A DNA stretch of 64,000 bases. Source: Candidatus Heimdallarchaeota archaeon. Lineage in GTDB: Archaea > Asgardarchaeota > Heimdallarchaeia > Hodarchaeales > Hodarchaeaceae. The position numbers and the translations under genes are program-made. The stretch spans positions 1 through 64,000 of the forward strand of contig RDOB01000004.1 of the NCBI GenBank assembly GCA_011364965.1, given 5' to 3'. Positions 10,464 through 19,237 of this stretch are shown piece by piece. The notes under the pieces are model-generated. The model did no database searches and was not told the DNA's origin. It saw only the letters and a list, made by a program, of their open reading frames with translations. Position 1 is the stretch's first letter. Every line of letters starts with the position of its first letter.

Positions 10464-11219
10464 TTGAGAATGGTTCGACTGAAAGCAGTACATATCATCA
10501 CTGAAGAAGGGTTTACTATCTATAATCAATCTTTTGGAGCCACAGAACAGGATCAGGATATGGTAGGTTCTTTGATTATGGCTCTAACCTCATTTGGAAA
10601 GGAGGCTATGGGAGAATCATTATCCTCGTTAGCTTTTGGAAAAGAGGAGGAGGGCAAAGGGGGAGCAGATATGATATTGGAATCAGGAGATAGAATTATT
10701 TCTATCGCGATTGTTGTTCTTGATAAAGATCATAAAGAAAGAGAGGAATATAAAATTCGTAATGACTTGCGAAGATTCACAAAAGAAGTGGAAAGAATCT
10801 ATGCAGACGATTTGAATGACCCCATTTTTCAAAAAAGTGCATTTTCGGGAGTAGGAACGCTTATCTTTTCCATATTCTTCCGCGACATGATGTCACGTAT
10901 TTATAACCAAGATTTTGCGAGCCTAAGTGAATATATTCGGTTCCCAACTACTTTACTTTTTGAAATTACACCTCGTGGCCCAAAACTCTATGGTTTCTAT
11001 CGTGAGTTTCCAGCATTTAAAGAGGCAATGCTAGGGATCCCCATTGAAGAATTTGACAAAATAATTGAAAACATGCAAGACAGAAATAGTATGGTTTCCT
11101 TCAAGGACTGCTTAGAAAGTTTTGGTATAGAAAAAGGTGGTCAAATACTGGAAGTTTTCAAATTTCTTACAAAACGAGGTATGTTTGAGGCATATAATTT
11201 TGAACGAATCGACTCGTAA
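10464..11219 (+). CDS. Longin-like domain protein with C-terminal helical/wH-like domain
   Basis: AVHIITEEGFTIYNQSF...DMVGSLIMALTSFGKE...F.KEVE..Y matches the longin-like pattern common in Asgard proteins. Confidence 0.65.
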   Translation: MRMVRLKAVHIITEEGFTIYNQSFGATEQDQDMVGSLIMALTSFGKEAMGESLSSLAFGKEEEGKGGADMILESGDRIISIAIVVLDKDHKEREEYKIRNDLRRFTKEVERIYADDLNDPIFQKSAFSGVGTLIFSIFFRDMMSRIYNQDFASLSEYIRFPTTLLFEITPRGPKLYGFYREFPAFKEAMLGIPIEEFDKIIENMQDRNSMVSFKDCLESFGIEKGGQILEVFKFLTKRGMFEAYNFERIDS

Positions 11220-11227
11220 GGATTTCT

Positions 11228-12058
11228 CTATTTTTCGGATGCTTTCATTGCATTAATTATAAGAGCGGTCATTTTTTTCACTTCCTTCCGAGTTTCGGAC
11301 AATTCTGACTTTATTTCGCTCTCTATGACAGCGTTCATTTCTTGTTTCATTGCTTCAGGAAGATTTGCAACACGATTTATTAGCTGATCGGTTTTTAGTG
11401 TTAACTGTTTAATTGCAGTCTCTTGGGACACTAAACGTTCTGTTACAGATGTTTTTAATTCGTTCACGGATGCTTCGAGATAAATAGCAATTCTATCTCT
11501 TAAAGATGCTAATTCAACCTGAATTATAGCATTTACACGATCGCGCAGGTCTGCAACCGTTGCTAGTTGATCAGTCTGATTTTGAATCAAAGCATTTAGA
11601 CTATCTTCTATTCTTTTGACTTGTTCAAGAATAGACACAAAATTATTCACAGTTGCCTCATATTGCCCTTTAGTAGTAGATGCAGCCTCTTTTACAATTT
11701 CCGTTATCTCATTCGATAAATTACGCATACTAACGACAACGTCTTCTACATAACTTACCTTTATAAACTTCAAATCGTTTCGGGTTTCTTCAGTGGTCTT
11801 TTCAAAGGTTCTTTGGATCGCATTTAATGCTTCTGTAAGATTAGAGATCATTGTTGGGAGGTTTTTAATTGAATTTTGCAAAGAAGTATCAATTTTTGAA
11901 TCTTCTAGAATTGAAGTTATCACAAGCATTTGTCTCTGTAGTTCATGGGCACTTGCTTGGAATTCTTCTGTCAAATTACTTGATCCAAACCTATCAATGC
12001 TCTCCTTAAGCTTCAATGTCATTCGTAAGATTTCATTGACATTATCTTCTAGACCCAT
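11228..12058 (-). CDS. Long coiled-coil/helical protein
   Basis: Heptad-like hydrophobic periodicity over most of its length; no TM segment. SD-like GAGGGT upstream. Confidence 0.7.
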   Translation of the reverse strand: MGLEDNVNEILRMTLKLKESIDRFGSSNLTEEFQASAHELQRQMLVITSILEDSKIDTSLQNSIKNLPTMISNLTEALNAIQRTFEKTTEETRNDLKFIKVSYVEDVVVSMRNLSNEITEIVKEAASTTKGQYEATVNNFVSILEQVKRIEDSLNALIQNQTDQLATVADLRDRVNAIIQVELASLRDRIAIYLEASVNELKTSVTERLVSQETAIKQLTLKTDQLINRVANLPEAMKQEMNAVIESEIKSELSETRKEVKKMTALIINAMKASEK

Positions 12059-12169
12059 ATTTTACCCTCGCATAGGATTTTAATTCGTTTAATACTAAGA
12101 TTAAAGATTAGATATGATATTTCATTTTTTGCTTTGAAATTCGATTCTATTCTTTATCCTTTTGGGATA

Positions 12170-13195
12170 TTATTTGAGACTTCTTAAAAATGTTTTAAAT
12201 CGGTTATTGTTCAATATTGAATCATTTAGTCGATGAATCAAAATTACTGTTTCCGAATTGATCAACTGCTTGAAATCATTTCCGATACTCTCATTGAGAT
12301 CATTATACGTTTCTTTGGCTATTATATATGATATATTTGGAATTCTTGATTCTAAATCCCCCGCTCCTAGATTGTAATTCTGGAGGATACCTTCCGATAT
12401 CCGAAATGAATCACTTAAAGAATAACTACCCTCCGCGTATTTTGAAATGCTCTCAAAGTATCTTTTTACCACATTCATTATATCTAACTCATCATCGGGA
12501 GTTAGTAATGAGGCTTCATCATTAGGATACATCTTTTTTAAATTCTGGAGAAGTCTAGCGGAAGGAGCCTCTCTAAGTAATTTGGCGATTAGAGCTTGAA
12601 TTCGCAAAACTGGAATTTGAATTACCTCATTACTATTGATTAAAGCTTGAATCGATCCTGATTCATACTTCAACAATTCCTGACAAGCGGTAAAATAATA
12701 CTTGGGAATTGCTAGATGAGATAAATTCGAATATCCAGTAAAAAGGGTAGTAATGTGTTCAAGAATCCCCCATCGATCTGTAAAATCAATGTTTCTCGAA
12801 AATAATCCTATTTTTTCAGTTTCTTCTTCTAATATTCTCCTAGGTGACCTTAAAATGCTTTTATCTATTATTTTTCCCTCTAAAATAGTAATTAGCAAAT
12901 TATTTAATTTTTCTACTTGGTCATGTAATTGAGGAGTTGATTTTGGATTTTCTAACAGTTTTTCAGTAATAGATTTTATATTATTTAATTCTTCTATTGT
13001 TTGGTTAGATAATATTTTTGAATTTTCAAGATCAAGAACCAATGATGATAGTAGATGAAGTATTGAAACATTGAAACCCAAAATTATATTCATTTTCTCT
13101 CCAAGATTTCCTCTGCTAGTCCAGAAATCAATTTCACCTAACTTAGAGGATTCGTTTCCTGTTTGATTTTTTATCTGGGAATGTTCATCATCCAA
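12170..13195 (-). CDS. Helical hypothetical protein, co-operonic with the tubulin-like gene
   Basis: TTG start 14 nt after the tubulin-like stop, preceded by GAGGT. Confidence 0.7.
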   Translation of the reverse strand: MDDEHSQIKNQTGNESSKLGEIDFWTSRGNLGEKMNIILGFNVSILHLLSSLVLDLENSKILSNQTIEELNNIKSITEKLLENPKSTPQLHDQVEKLNNLLITILEGKIIDKSILRSPRRILEEETEKIGLFSRNIDFTDRWGILEHITTLFTGYSNLSHLAIPKYYFTACQELLKYESGSIQALINSNEVIQIPVLRIQALIAKLLREAPSARLLQNLKKMYPNDEASLLTPDDELDIMNVVKRYFESISKYAEGSYSLSDSFRISEGILQNYNLGAGDLESRIPNISYIIAKETYNDLNESIGNDFKQLINSETVILIHRLNDSILNNNRFKTFLRSLK

Positions 13196-13209
13196 AATGG
13201 TCTAACCTC

Positions 13210-14574
13210 TTATTTTTGTTCTGGTTTCATATAATATCCGAATAATTTTTCCAAATCTTGAACTGCGTTCTGTAATTCCGCTTGTGTAGTCCCTTTTGAA
13301 CGCTTAAACCAATGTTGTTTTAGTTCTGAATCACCACTATGTAGCTCTATCAAAGACTTTGCCTCCTCAAGTAAATTATATAACTCAGGCACTTTGGGTA
13401 ATCCGAATAATAATAAAAGTGATGATTTTATCTTATCATCATCAAAAGCACAATAAGTTGGAGATATGCTAGCACCTTTTGCTAAGAAAGGAGTTAATGC
13501 CTTTTTTAGAAGTGGGTCGAATTCCACCCTTGCAATATCTTTGGGTCCACTGAGAACAGAGAAAACAGAGGATGCTCCTGGATTAGTACCCATATATGTT
13601 AAGCTACAATTCGCGGCAGTATATTCTACGGCAGTAGAGAGCTGAGAACCGACTCCACCGATTTCTGGAAAAATAGATAAATCATCATACATTGCAGGTA
13701 CAACAACACTATCCAATTTCAACGCAAAATCACCAATATCAGTAGTGGGTAAAACCTCCTTTCCAATTTCTGGAACACCAGGAGAAAGCATTTCTGCAAT
13801 GCAATCCAAAGCTAAAGGATTAATTAATTCAACAAATTCTTCTTCCATCTTTACAGGGAGGTCTGTTGATACTTGTCCTAAAACATTAGGGGTTGATGTC
13901 CTTCTTACCTCTGCACTTACATCTGCTAAGTCTAAACCAGTTTTACTCAGCAGATCGACTGATTCTCCTCGCTGCATACTCAAGACACGATTAAGCATTG
14001 TACGATTTGATAGGAGAAGAATTAAATCTGGTCCCATATTTCCCTCTTCAAGTTGAAGACGAAGAAGACGAGATAATGCCCAGATACTATTAACTGCCTC
14101 CGATGATTGATTGTCGAACGGAAGAACCCCAAAAACATAGATGAAAATTTTTCGTTTTTCCTCTTTTGCAAATCGCTCACGAAGTAACCTAATTAAAGCA
14201 GGGGTTCCCCCACATCCAGTACCTCCACCAAAGGAAGTAAAAATGCAAAAACCGCTAATCCCCTCATATCCTAATCCTTGTAATTGGTTTAGTATAATAT
14301 CTTGAGAATTCATTACTGCATCATAACCAGCAGAAAATTTTCCTCCGACACCTATTTCAGCGTCTGAATAGAGTAAAGTTCGTTTTTTAGATATAGAATA
14401 TTTTTTTCGTGCTTTAAGAAGATCCCCGCGATCAGTATTCATTACCAAGTATTCTCGGATTCTGGGGGGAAGTTCTCCTTTTTTTGATTTTGCTAAATAA
14501 CTTCCTACAAGATTTGAACCGCATTCACCAATTCCAATTGCAAAAATTTCAGATTCTGGAGCTTCAACTGTCAT
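13210..14574 (-). CDS. Divergent tubulin/FtsZ-superfamily GTPase
   Basis: T1 GIGECGSNL, T2 NTDRGDL, T3 GVGG, T4 signature GGGTGCGG, VLPF, T7-like TDIGDF, and a tubulin-like C-terminal HWF...G....EL..A..DL..L...Y. SD GGAGGA at 14581-14586. Confidence 0.92.
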   Translation of the reverse strand: MTVEAPESEIFAIGIGECGSNLVGSYLAKSKKGELPPRIREYLVMNTDRGDLLKARKKYSISKKRTLLYSDAEIGVGGKFSAGYDAVMNSQDIILNQLQGLGYEGISGFCIFTSFGGGTGCGGTPALIRLLRERFAKEEKRKIFIYVFGVLPFDNQSSEAVNSIWALSRLLRLQLEEGNMGPDLILLLSNRTMLNRVLSMQRGESVDLLSKTGLDLADVSAEVRRTSTPNVLGQVSTDLPVKMEEEFVELINPLALDCIAEMLSPGVPEIGKEVLPTTDIGDFALKLDSVVVPAMYDDLSIFPEIGGVGSQLSTAVEYTAANCSLTYMGTNPGASSVFSVLSGPKDIARVEFDPLLKKALTPFLAKGASISPTYCAFDDDKIKSSLLLLFGLPKVPELYNLLEEAKSLIELHSGDSELKQHWFKRSKGTTQAELQNAVQDLEKLFGYYMKPEQK

Positions 14575-14585
14575 TTAAAATCCTC

Positions 14586-17500
14586 CTAAACATCCAGCTT
14601 TGTATTACTTTTTATTTCGATTAATAATTTCATAACAAGAGACAAGTATGCCTGAATCACCTCATTATGAGGATAAGTTTCTTTAATTTTCTTTGATATT
14701 TCTTTATATTGACGAATGTTCTCTTCTGCATTATCAGTAGGGGTATAACGCGGACGAAACATTCGGATAGCTCTATGCCAGCGATTTAACTGGATAGATA
14801 CATCTTTCCATTTCTCCCTTTGGGTATCAATTTCTGGTAATAAATCTAATATAAATCGTAAATTATGAGAATCCATCAAATCTTCTCTCAATTCGATTAA
14901 GGTGGACAACGGGAAAATTTTACTAGATGCTTCTTCTATGTACCGTTTAAATACTTCTTGAATGCTCGTATAATATTCTAATTGCCCTAAAGATCCTTGA
15001 AGAGTAGTATTTCGATCTTTTTCTATAGTTTTCATCAATTGAATAATCGTACTGCGAACGTGAGCAACTTCTAATATTGCAGTTGTCAGATGTCCTATAT
15101 GGTTTGTCGTGGCTGTTGTTTGAAATCTGTTCAAATAAGATAAATCGACTCGTTCATCGCGTCTAAGATCTTGTTGATAATTCAAAAAAACATACTCTAT
15201 GCTTTCTTGTATCTCTGCTATATATTGCTCTCCCATCTTACGGATCTCATTACATGCATTTGGATCTGTCTGGAGGTTGTCAATTTCCACAAAAACTTCC
15301 GTAATTTCCTTGATCTCTACATCTTCTTGATTCTTTACAATTATTTGTGAAAATCTCTCAATATAGCCTCCAACATGAGAAATTATGTTGATTCCCACTT
15401 CTTTTAAATCATTGACATTTTTCAATACTTTGCGAGATTCTTGGACAGCCTGAGCTAATAATTCTGATACTATTTCTGTATCATAGAGGAAAATCAATTG
15501 TCGTAAGTTATTTGCTATTCGCTCATGAGAAATCTCATCTATCTGAAAATTAAGGATTTTTTGCTCCGCAGCATAAACCCTAGGATCTAAGGGTATTATT
15601 TCATTTATTCTGGGTAAACTTACACGTAACCAACTATATAGATTTTGGTGAAGGCCAGCTAAACAATCTTTTGCCATTTGCAAACTTTCTAAGCTATAAC
15701 TCTCAAAAACATTGACTAATCGTGTAATATCCTTATGAGTTTTGATCTCTTTTCTTTTATCTTCCATAAGTTTGACTAAATCATTAAAAAAGTGTCCATA
15801 TTGAAGTGGTAATTTAGAATAATCTTGTATGTGAGAGGAAAGCTCACGTTCCATCTGTTCAGCGATGGTAGAAATTCTTCGATCTATATAGGCTTGTAAT
15901 TGCCAATATTCGGTCAAAGCTTCTGAATAATCAAGATTACTTAATTCTTTTTCGGCGGGGTACTTCACACTACCTGTTTGAGATTGAAGAAGCCTGCTGA
16001 GCCTTTTATCAACTCTTTCAAGGTTTTCAATATGCTTTTTTATTTCAACCAAAATTTCATTTTTATTTTCTTCAATTGCTTCTAGGAACGTTATGTATTC
16101 TTTAATCACAGCTTCCACATTTCCAGTTTCTGCGTGTTTATCGATAAGAGAAATGAACTGGTTTCTCTTTTCTCTTAAATCAAACTCAGTTTCGATTGGT
16201 AACAGCGGAAACGGAATATTTTTTAGATTATCTCTTACCCGGGAAATTATTTTAAATTTCCAAACGGGTATCTTTTCATATTCATCTAATAGGCTTTGAA
16301 TACTGTCATCTGCTGCAATGTTTAGATCTTCACGAATAGTCTTCAAATCCTCTAGGTCTAATGGGGGAACATGTGCCTTAAGTTTGGGAGGGATTGTTTC
16401 TAAGTTAGTGAATTGATTAAAAATTGGGTGGATTTCTTGGTCAATCGAGGTCCATATTTCAATTTTAATGTCAGCATTAAGACGATTAAGCACCTCAATT
16501 TCCTTAACAAGCTCACGAATTTCTTTATCCTCAACCTCTTTACGATTCTTTTGCTCTTGTATGCGTTTGGTTAGTTCTTCTGAGAGGATTCCTCGTAAAC
16601 TTTCACGTGAATCATATAAATTGAACAGGTTTTGACGCATTGCCATTTGGGCTGGTTTTGAGAAATATGCAATTAACCGAGTCTCCCAATCTTTAATTTC
16701 TCGCACTTTATTAACTAATTCACTTGGTGAAAGCGTTTCAAAGTCACGGACTGTGGGGACTTGAGGACCATCGCTTACATTAATTACTTCTTGTATGTAG
16801 GGATTCTCTAACAATCTGAAGAAATAATTTTGGCATTCCTCACTTAATTGCGATTTTATATCGTAGTATTGTTTAATTATATGTACCCAATCTTGAAGGT
16901 CAGTTATTTTTTCAGCATCTTTCTCAATCTGCCGAATTAAATCAACAAAACCTTCAGGAAGGGGTATTTTCATTGCATTTATGGTTTTGCCTGCGTTGAT
17001 TAGCTCAGCAGGGGTAATAATTTTTTTTACTGCTATTATTTGTTGTTGATGCCAAGAACGTACCTTTTCTATATCTTGGATTATACTAGGAATTGAAGAG
17101 GAAGAAACATCAATTTCAGGAGCAGGTTTTAAATTCGATTCAGAAGATTCTTTACCTATTATTTGCATGATTCTACCAATTTGATCATCCGTTTCAGTTT
17201 TCAAAGCGATCTCATAGGTTCTTAATGCGTTTATAAGCTCATTTGCGTGATTATTTAGCGTTTTTTCAATCTCTAATAGATTTTCTACCGATTTTGCATT
17301 ATCTGCTTCAGATTGAATATCTTTAATTTGCTGTTTCAATGCTTGGGGCTTATCTCCTAAATCTAGCCCTATTGAAGAGATGGTATCTAAATGCTGTAAT
17401 ATTTCAGATGACAGTTGAACAATAGCAACTTGAATTTTACCCTTTGTTCCTTTGCGACGCTGTTTCAAGTAAGCATTCTCTGCTTCAAGCTGATCGTATA

Positions 17501-18095
17501 GATTGAGAAGATCGGAAATTGATAAGACATGAATACTTGTTTTAGTAGTCTGACTTGTAATACGAATTTTCTCTTCGTCAAAATCGACGAATTTCTCGTA
17601 TAATTCGATAACTTCGCGATTAAAAGCTAATACAGATAAATTTTTTCCTCTCAAAACTTCTGAAATCTCGTTGTAGGTTTTTAGTACACTAGCACTGAAT
17701 TTTACGATCTGAGAGGGATCGAAACTTGGGATTTGCAATTTTTTAATGGTTTCTGTTTCTTGAGGTATGAATTTCGCTATTTCCTTGATGTTATTTGCCA
17801 AGTCAAAGTAAATTTTACGATACCCAACAAGTAGAGTATTAAGTAGGCTTTCATTTAATTGATTATACTTCTCCATATATTGCTGATAATTTCTTTTCAA
17901 TCCTCTTTTCTTGAGAAAACCAGCTGAAGGAATATCATTTTGAAGCTTTTCTATTTCTCCCATTAATCTTTGGGCTTCGTTTAAGGATGGGACAACTTGT
18001 ACCGTGGGATCTAATGATCGAAGCTCTGTTGCCAAATCTCTTATTTTAAGGAGTACTTCTTTAGAAACAAGAAGTCCTTCAGTTTCTGAAGACAT
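14586..18095 (-). CDS. Giant all-alpha helical-repeat protein (1169 aa)
   Basis: Long ORF with no TM segment and recurring helix-capping/amphipathic units about every 65-70 aa. Its stop overlaps the SD of the tubulin-like gene. Confidence 0.8.
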   Translation of the reverse strand: MSSETEGLLVSKEVLLKIRDLATELRSLDPTVQVVPSLNEAQRLMGEIEKLQNDIPSAGFLKKRGLKRNYQQYMEKYNQLNESLLNTLLVGYRKIYFDLANNIKEIAKFIPQETETIKKLQIPSFDPSQIVKFSASVLKTYNEISEVLRGKNLSVLAFNREVIELYEKFVDFDEEKIRITSQTTKTSIHVLSISDLLNLYDQLEAENAYLKQRRKGTKGKIQVAIVQLSSEILQHLDTISSIGLDLGDKPQALKQQIKDIQSEADNAKSVENLLEIEKTLNNHANELINALRTYEIALKTETDDQIGRIMQIIGKESSESNLKPAPEIDVSSSSIPSIIQDIEKVRSWHQQQIIAVKKIITPAELINAGKTINAMKIPLPEGFVDLIRQIEKDAEKITDLQDWVHIIKQYYDIKSQLSEECQNYFFRLLENPYIQEVINVSDGPQVPTVRDFETLSPSELVNKVREIKDWETRLIAYFSKPAQMAMRQNLFNLYDSRESLRGILSEELTKRIQEQKNRKEVEDKEIRELVKEIEVLNRLNADIKIEIWTSIDQEIHPIFNQFTNLETIPPKLKAHVPPLDLEDLKTIREDLNIAADDSIQSLLDEYEKIPVWKFKIISRVRDNLKNIPFPLLPIETEFDLREKRNQFISLIDKHAETGNVEAVIKEYITFLEAIEENKNEILVEIKKHIENLERVDKRLSRLLQSQTGSVKYPAEKELSNLDYSEALTEYWQLQAYIDRRISTIAEQMERELSSHIQDYSKLPLQYGHFFNDLVKLMEDKRKEIKTHKDITRLVNVFESYSLESLQMAKDCLAGLHQNLYSWLRVSLPRINEIIPLDPRVYAAEQKILNFQIDEISHERIANNLRQLIFLYDTEIVSELLAQAVQESRKVLKNVNDLKEVGINIISHVGGYIERFSQIIVKNQEDVEIKEITEVFVEIDNLQTDPNACNEIRKMGEQYIAEIQESIEYVFLNYQQDLRRDERVDLSYLNRFQTTATTNHIGHLTTAILEVAHVRSTIIQLMKTIEKDRNTTLQGSLGQLEYYTSIQEVFKRYIEEASSKIFPLSTLIELREDLMDSHNLRFILDLLPEIDTQREKWKDVSIQLNRWHRAIRMFRPRYTPTDNAEENIRQYKEISKKIKETYPHNEVIQAYLSLVMKLLIEIKSNTKLDV

Positions 18096-18294
18096 GTAAA
18101 TTCATCCAATGTATGTAAAATGAGAATTCTCTCTTATACGTTCATTTCAATAATAAATCGTTTAAGCTACAATAATATTTCTAAATTATATTTTTAATTA
18201 TTAAAAGCGTTTTAAATGAAATCAAATTTGAGAACGAAATTTTGCCCAAAAATCATATATTCAATTCTTCAGAGAAGAAAATGGTGTTTGTTAA

Positions 18295-19101
18295 ATGGTT
18301 TCAGCTTTATTAATTTCAATTGGTAATGAGCTATTATCAGGAAAAACAATTAATACTAATGCAACGTTTTTAGCAAAAAAATTGACTCAAATCGGCTTTA
18401 TAGTAAAAAAAATTGTAACCATCCCAGATAAAGAAGATATTGTTGTCGCAGAAATTCGAAATGCCCTTGAAAATGAAAATTATGGAATATTAATTCTTAC
18501 TGGTGGATTGGGTCCTACTTGGGATGACTCCACTGCTAAATTCCTCGGAACCGCCTTAAAAGTGGAGGTTCAGATCAATAACAAGGCACTAGAAATTGTA
18601 ACTCGTCGTTACCAAGAATTATATCGAGAGAAACTTGTTGATACTGCTGATATTACACCGGCTAGGGAAAAAATGGCCTATATACCGCTAGGAGGGAAAC
18701 CCATTGATAATAAAATAGGAACAGCACCAGGGATTTATTATTACCATCAAATATCTAATACTAAGATTTTTTGTCTTCCAGGTGTCCCTCGGGAAATGGA
18801 AAGTATGTTTTTCTCTATCGAAGACAATTTATTAACACTCGTGAGGACAGAAAAAACAGGATACTTCGAAATGGAATATTTAACTCATTTTAAGGATGAG
18901 TCTCTGCTGGCGCCTTATATTGACGAGGTTCTCCAAAAATTCAATGTCTGGATAAAATCTTTACCAGAAACATATCAAGAATACAAGAGTATTAAAGTTA
19001 TTATTTCTAAGACTGCAAATTCTAATAAAGAGGCAAAAAAGGAAGTTTTAGCAGCAAAACAATTATTAGAAGAATTATTATTGCATTCAAAAGGAAATTA
19101 A
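18295..19101 (+). CDS. CinA N-terminal-like molybdopterin-binding-fold protein
   Basis: IGNELLSGKTINTNA, TGGLGPTWDD, N.IGTAPG, LPGVPREM. Confidence 0.9.
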   Translation: MVSALLISIGNELLSGKTINTNATFLAKKLTQIGFIVKKIVTIPDKEDIVVAEIRNALENENYGILILTGGLGPTWDDSTAKFLGTALKVEVQINNKALEIVTRRYQELYREKLVDTADITPAREKMAYIPLGGKPIDNKIGTAPGIYYYHQISNTKIFCLPGVPREMESMFFSIEDNLLTLVRTEKTGYFEMEYLTHFKDESLLAPYIDEVLQKFNVWIKSLPETYQEYKSIKVIISKTANSNKEAKKEVLAAKQLLEELLLHSKGN

Positions 19102-19237
19102 TTCAGATCAATCAGCTACAAAGACTTCTCTACATTGCATATTTCTACTCCTTAGGTGATAATATATCTAAATATTTAAGGAAGAAAAAAATCAATTCTT
19201 CCTTGATAATCAACTTAAATAAGAAAAATGATGTCTT

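Noticed and set aside
13210-14574. Calling the gene ftsZ, cetZ or alpha/beta-tubulin
   Set aside because: The motifs are mixed and divergent, so a gene symbol cannot be justified without a phylogeny.
14586-18095. SMC/Rad50 ATPase
   Set aside because: No Walker A/B, signature motif, hinge or zinc hook is visible.
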